Both the position numbers and the translations under genes were made by a program. A stretch of 64,000 nt of DNA from a virus (Duplodnaviria; Caudoviricetes): the IMG/VR virus record IMGVR_UViG_3300006115_000009, positions 1 to 64,000 of that record; one strand, given 5' to 3'. A model generated the notes under the pieces. That model saw nothing but the letters and a program-made list of their open reading frames with translations. It was not told the origin of the DNA and did not search any database. Below, one piece after another: positions 62,956 to 64,000 of this stretch. Numbering within the stretch: position 1 is the stretch's first letter; each line of letters begins with the position of its first letter.

Positions 62956-63178
62956 AACAGATACATTCCTTTTTGCGGTGACGAAGTAGTGCCGGATGCT
63001 TGGCGTCAATGCCACGTTTGTTTATAAAGCGCACAATGGAGGCAGCGTCAATAGACGACTCTTCTAGTGCGGCGACAACTTTCTCCTTGTCTTCAGGAGT
63101 AAGTTTTTCAATCAATTGGTCGGCGATGCACCGACGTTTTGGTTTCTCAAAAAACTCGGACAAATCGGGCTTAGCCAT
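62936..63178 (-). CDS. Small protein preceding the phosphoesterase
   Basis: 80 aa, AGGAG RBS. Confidence 0.7.
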   Translation of the reverse strand: MAKPDLSEFFEKPKRRCIADQLIEKLTPEDKEKVVAALEESSIDAASIVRFINKRGIDAKHPALLRHRKKECICYGVQKN

Positions 63179-63209
63179 TAACGACTCCTATAGTCTGCAA
63201 ACCACACAG

Positions 63210-63250
63210 ATTATACACCGATATCCACAGGTTTTCAACAGTTATCCCAT
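63210..63250 (-). promoter_or_regulatory. Near-consensus sigmaA promoter overlaid by DnaA boxes
   Basis: Minus strand TTGAAA-N17-TATAAT; boxes TTATACACC 63211, ATATCCACA 63221, TTTTCAACA 63232. Confidence 0.7.
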
Positions 63251-63646
63251 TGAGAAAGATGCTGGGGTTACAATCACTTGATTTTCAACACGCACCTTTG
63301 TTTTGGTAGCGTCGTGATTAACGGTTGATTTTGGCTCGCAAGCAATGCTGTAGACCCAAACGCCGGTTGGATAACTGCTTGTGTCAATTACTGCTTGGTA
63401 AGTTCCAAGACCGAGGCGAACAATTGTCCCCGTGGGGTCGCCCGTTCCGTACGTGTAGGTAAACGTGTAGGTTTGCGAGGTGATACCATCGACCTGAAAA
63501 CCAAAAAGAACTAGGTCTGGGTCTACTACTGTGACCCCATCCGTTGCGGTAAATGGCTCGCTGGTGGCAAATGTGATTGCCGTACCTTGTACGTACGAAT
63601 TAGTAACGAGTGTTTGTGTCATAAGAATCCTCGGGGATTGAGTCAA
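63242..63646 (-). CDS. Beta-rich (Ig-like) probable virion protein
   Basis: Thr-rich 134 aa at the end of a minus-strand run. Confidence 0.6.
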   Translation of the reverse strand: MTQSPRILMTQTLVTNSYVQGTAITFATSEPFTATDGVTVVDPDLVLFGFQVDGITSQTYTFTYTYGTGDPTGTIVRLGLGTYQAVIDTSSYPTGVWVYSIACEPKSTVNHDATKTKVRVENQVIVTPASFSMG

Positions 63647-63827
63647 CAGTGTTTAGAACTGCCGAAAAATCAATTGCTTGCAATTTTGCACCAAAATTGG
63701 ATTGCGATACTGTTGCTGAAATGTCTTTAATTACGACCGTCCCCGGTTGCGGGACAAGACTAACGGTGTTTGAGCCTTGAAAAAATCCCGGGTTTGCGTT
63801 TGAGTAGGAATTAGTAAAAAACTTCAT
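63600..63827 (-). CDS. Hypothetical protein
   Basis: 75 aa, coupled to upstream gene. Confidence 0.5.
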   Translation of the reverse strand: MKFFTNSYSNANPGFFQGSNTVSLVPQPGTVVIKDISATVSQSNFGAKLQAIDFSAVLNTVDSIPEDSYDTNTRY

Positions 63828-64000
63828 TATTTAATCTCGCTGGCAGCAATTACCTGCAATGCAATAAGAGCATCTGCTAAGCCTTGTGCAAGGGTCACTA
63901 CTCCTTGCACCGTACGGGCAAGGATAGGAGCAAGTGCGTCCGTCGAGGCGTTGAGGGCAGCGAGGTCAGTTTGTGCTTGAGCGAGTGATGGGGCCATCTG
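63827..64000 (-). CDS. C-terminal part of a protein truncated by the window edge
   Basis: Open frame QMAPSLAQAQTDLAALN...ASEIK* with TAATG coupling. Confidence 0.5.
   Translation of the reverse strand, partial: QMAPSLAQAQTDLAALNASTDALAPILARTVQGVVTLAQGLADALIALQVIAASEIK

Overview
A 64-kb slice of a large tailed dsDNA phage with a contractile tail (myovirus-like). The host is very likely an actinobacterium, judging from three WhiB genes, an Rpf-like protein and actinobacterial-type regulatory sites. Layout: (i) 1-21.7 kb, minus strand: virion operon from terminase through portal, protease/scaffold, capsid, neck, sheath, tube, chaperones, tape measure and hub to a collagen-bearing spike and a GT2 glycosyltransferase; it apparently continues at the far end (63.2-64 kb). 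(ii) 23.8-28.5 kb: tRNAs, dNMP kinase, WhiB, a shuffled Zn-finger mini-gene array and an adenine methyltransferase. (iii) 29.6-31.4 kb: an origin-like low-complexity block with DnaA boxes, a (GGGCGCGT)n array and T-tracts. (iv) 31.5-44.6 kb: an early/host-takeover-like island of about 25 mostly single-gene transcription units. Nearly every unit starts with the 16-bp palindrome ATCGCGCNCGCGCGAT in place of a -35 box, 13-16 bp upstream of a sigmaA-type -10. The island carries ArdA/ArdC-like and AAA-vWA genes and two perfect chromosomal-type parS sites. (v) 44.8-63.2 kb: GroES, tRNAs, small terminase, replication and recombination genes (initiator, helicases, RecA plus a LexA DNA-binding domain, YqaJ, ERF, SSB) and a collagen-galactosyltransferase-like/FkbM fusion. 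The strongest candidates for undescribed biology are the palindrome-driven cassette array and the apparent wiring of the phage into host DnaA, ParB and LexA circuitry. All assignments come from reading motifs by eye; no searches were run.
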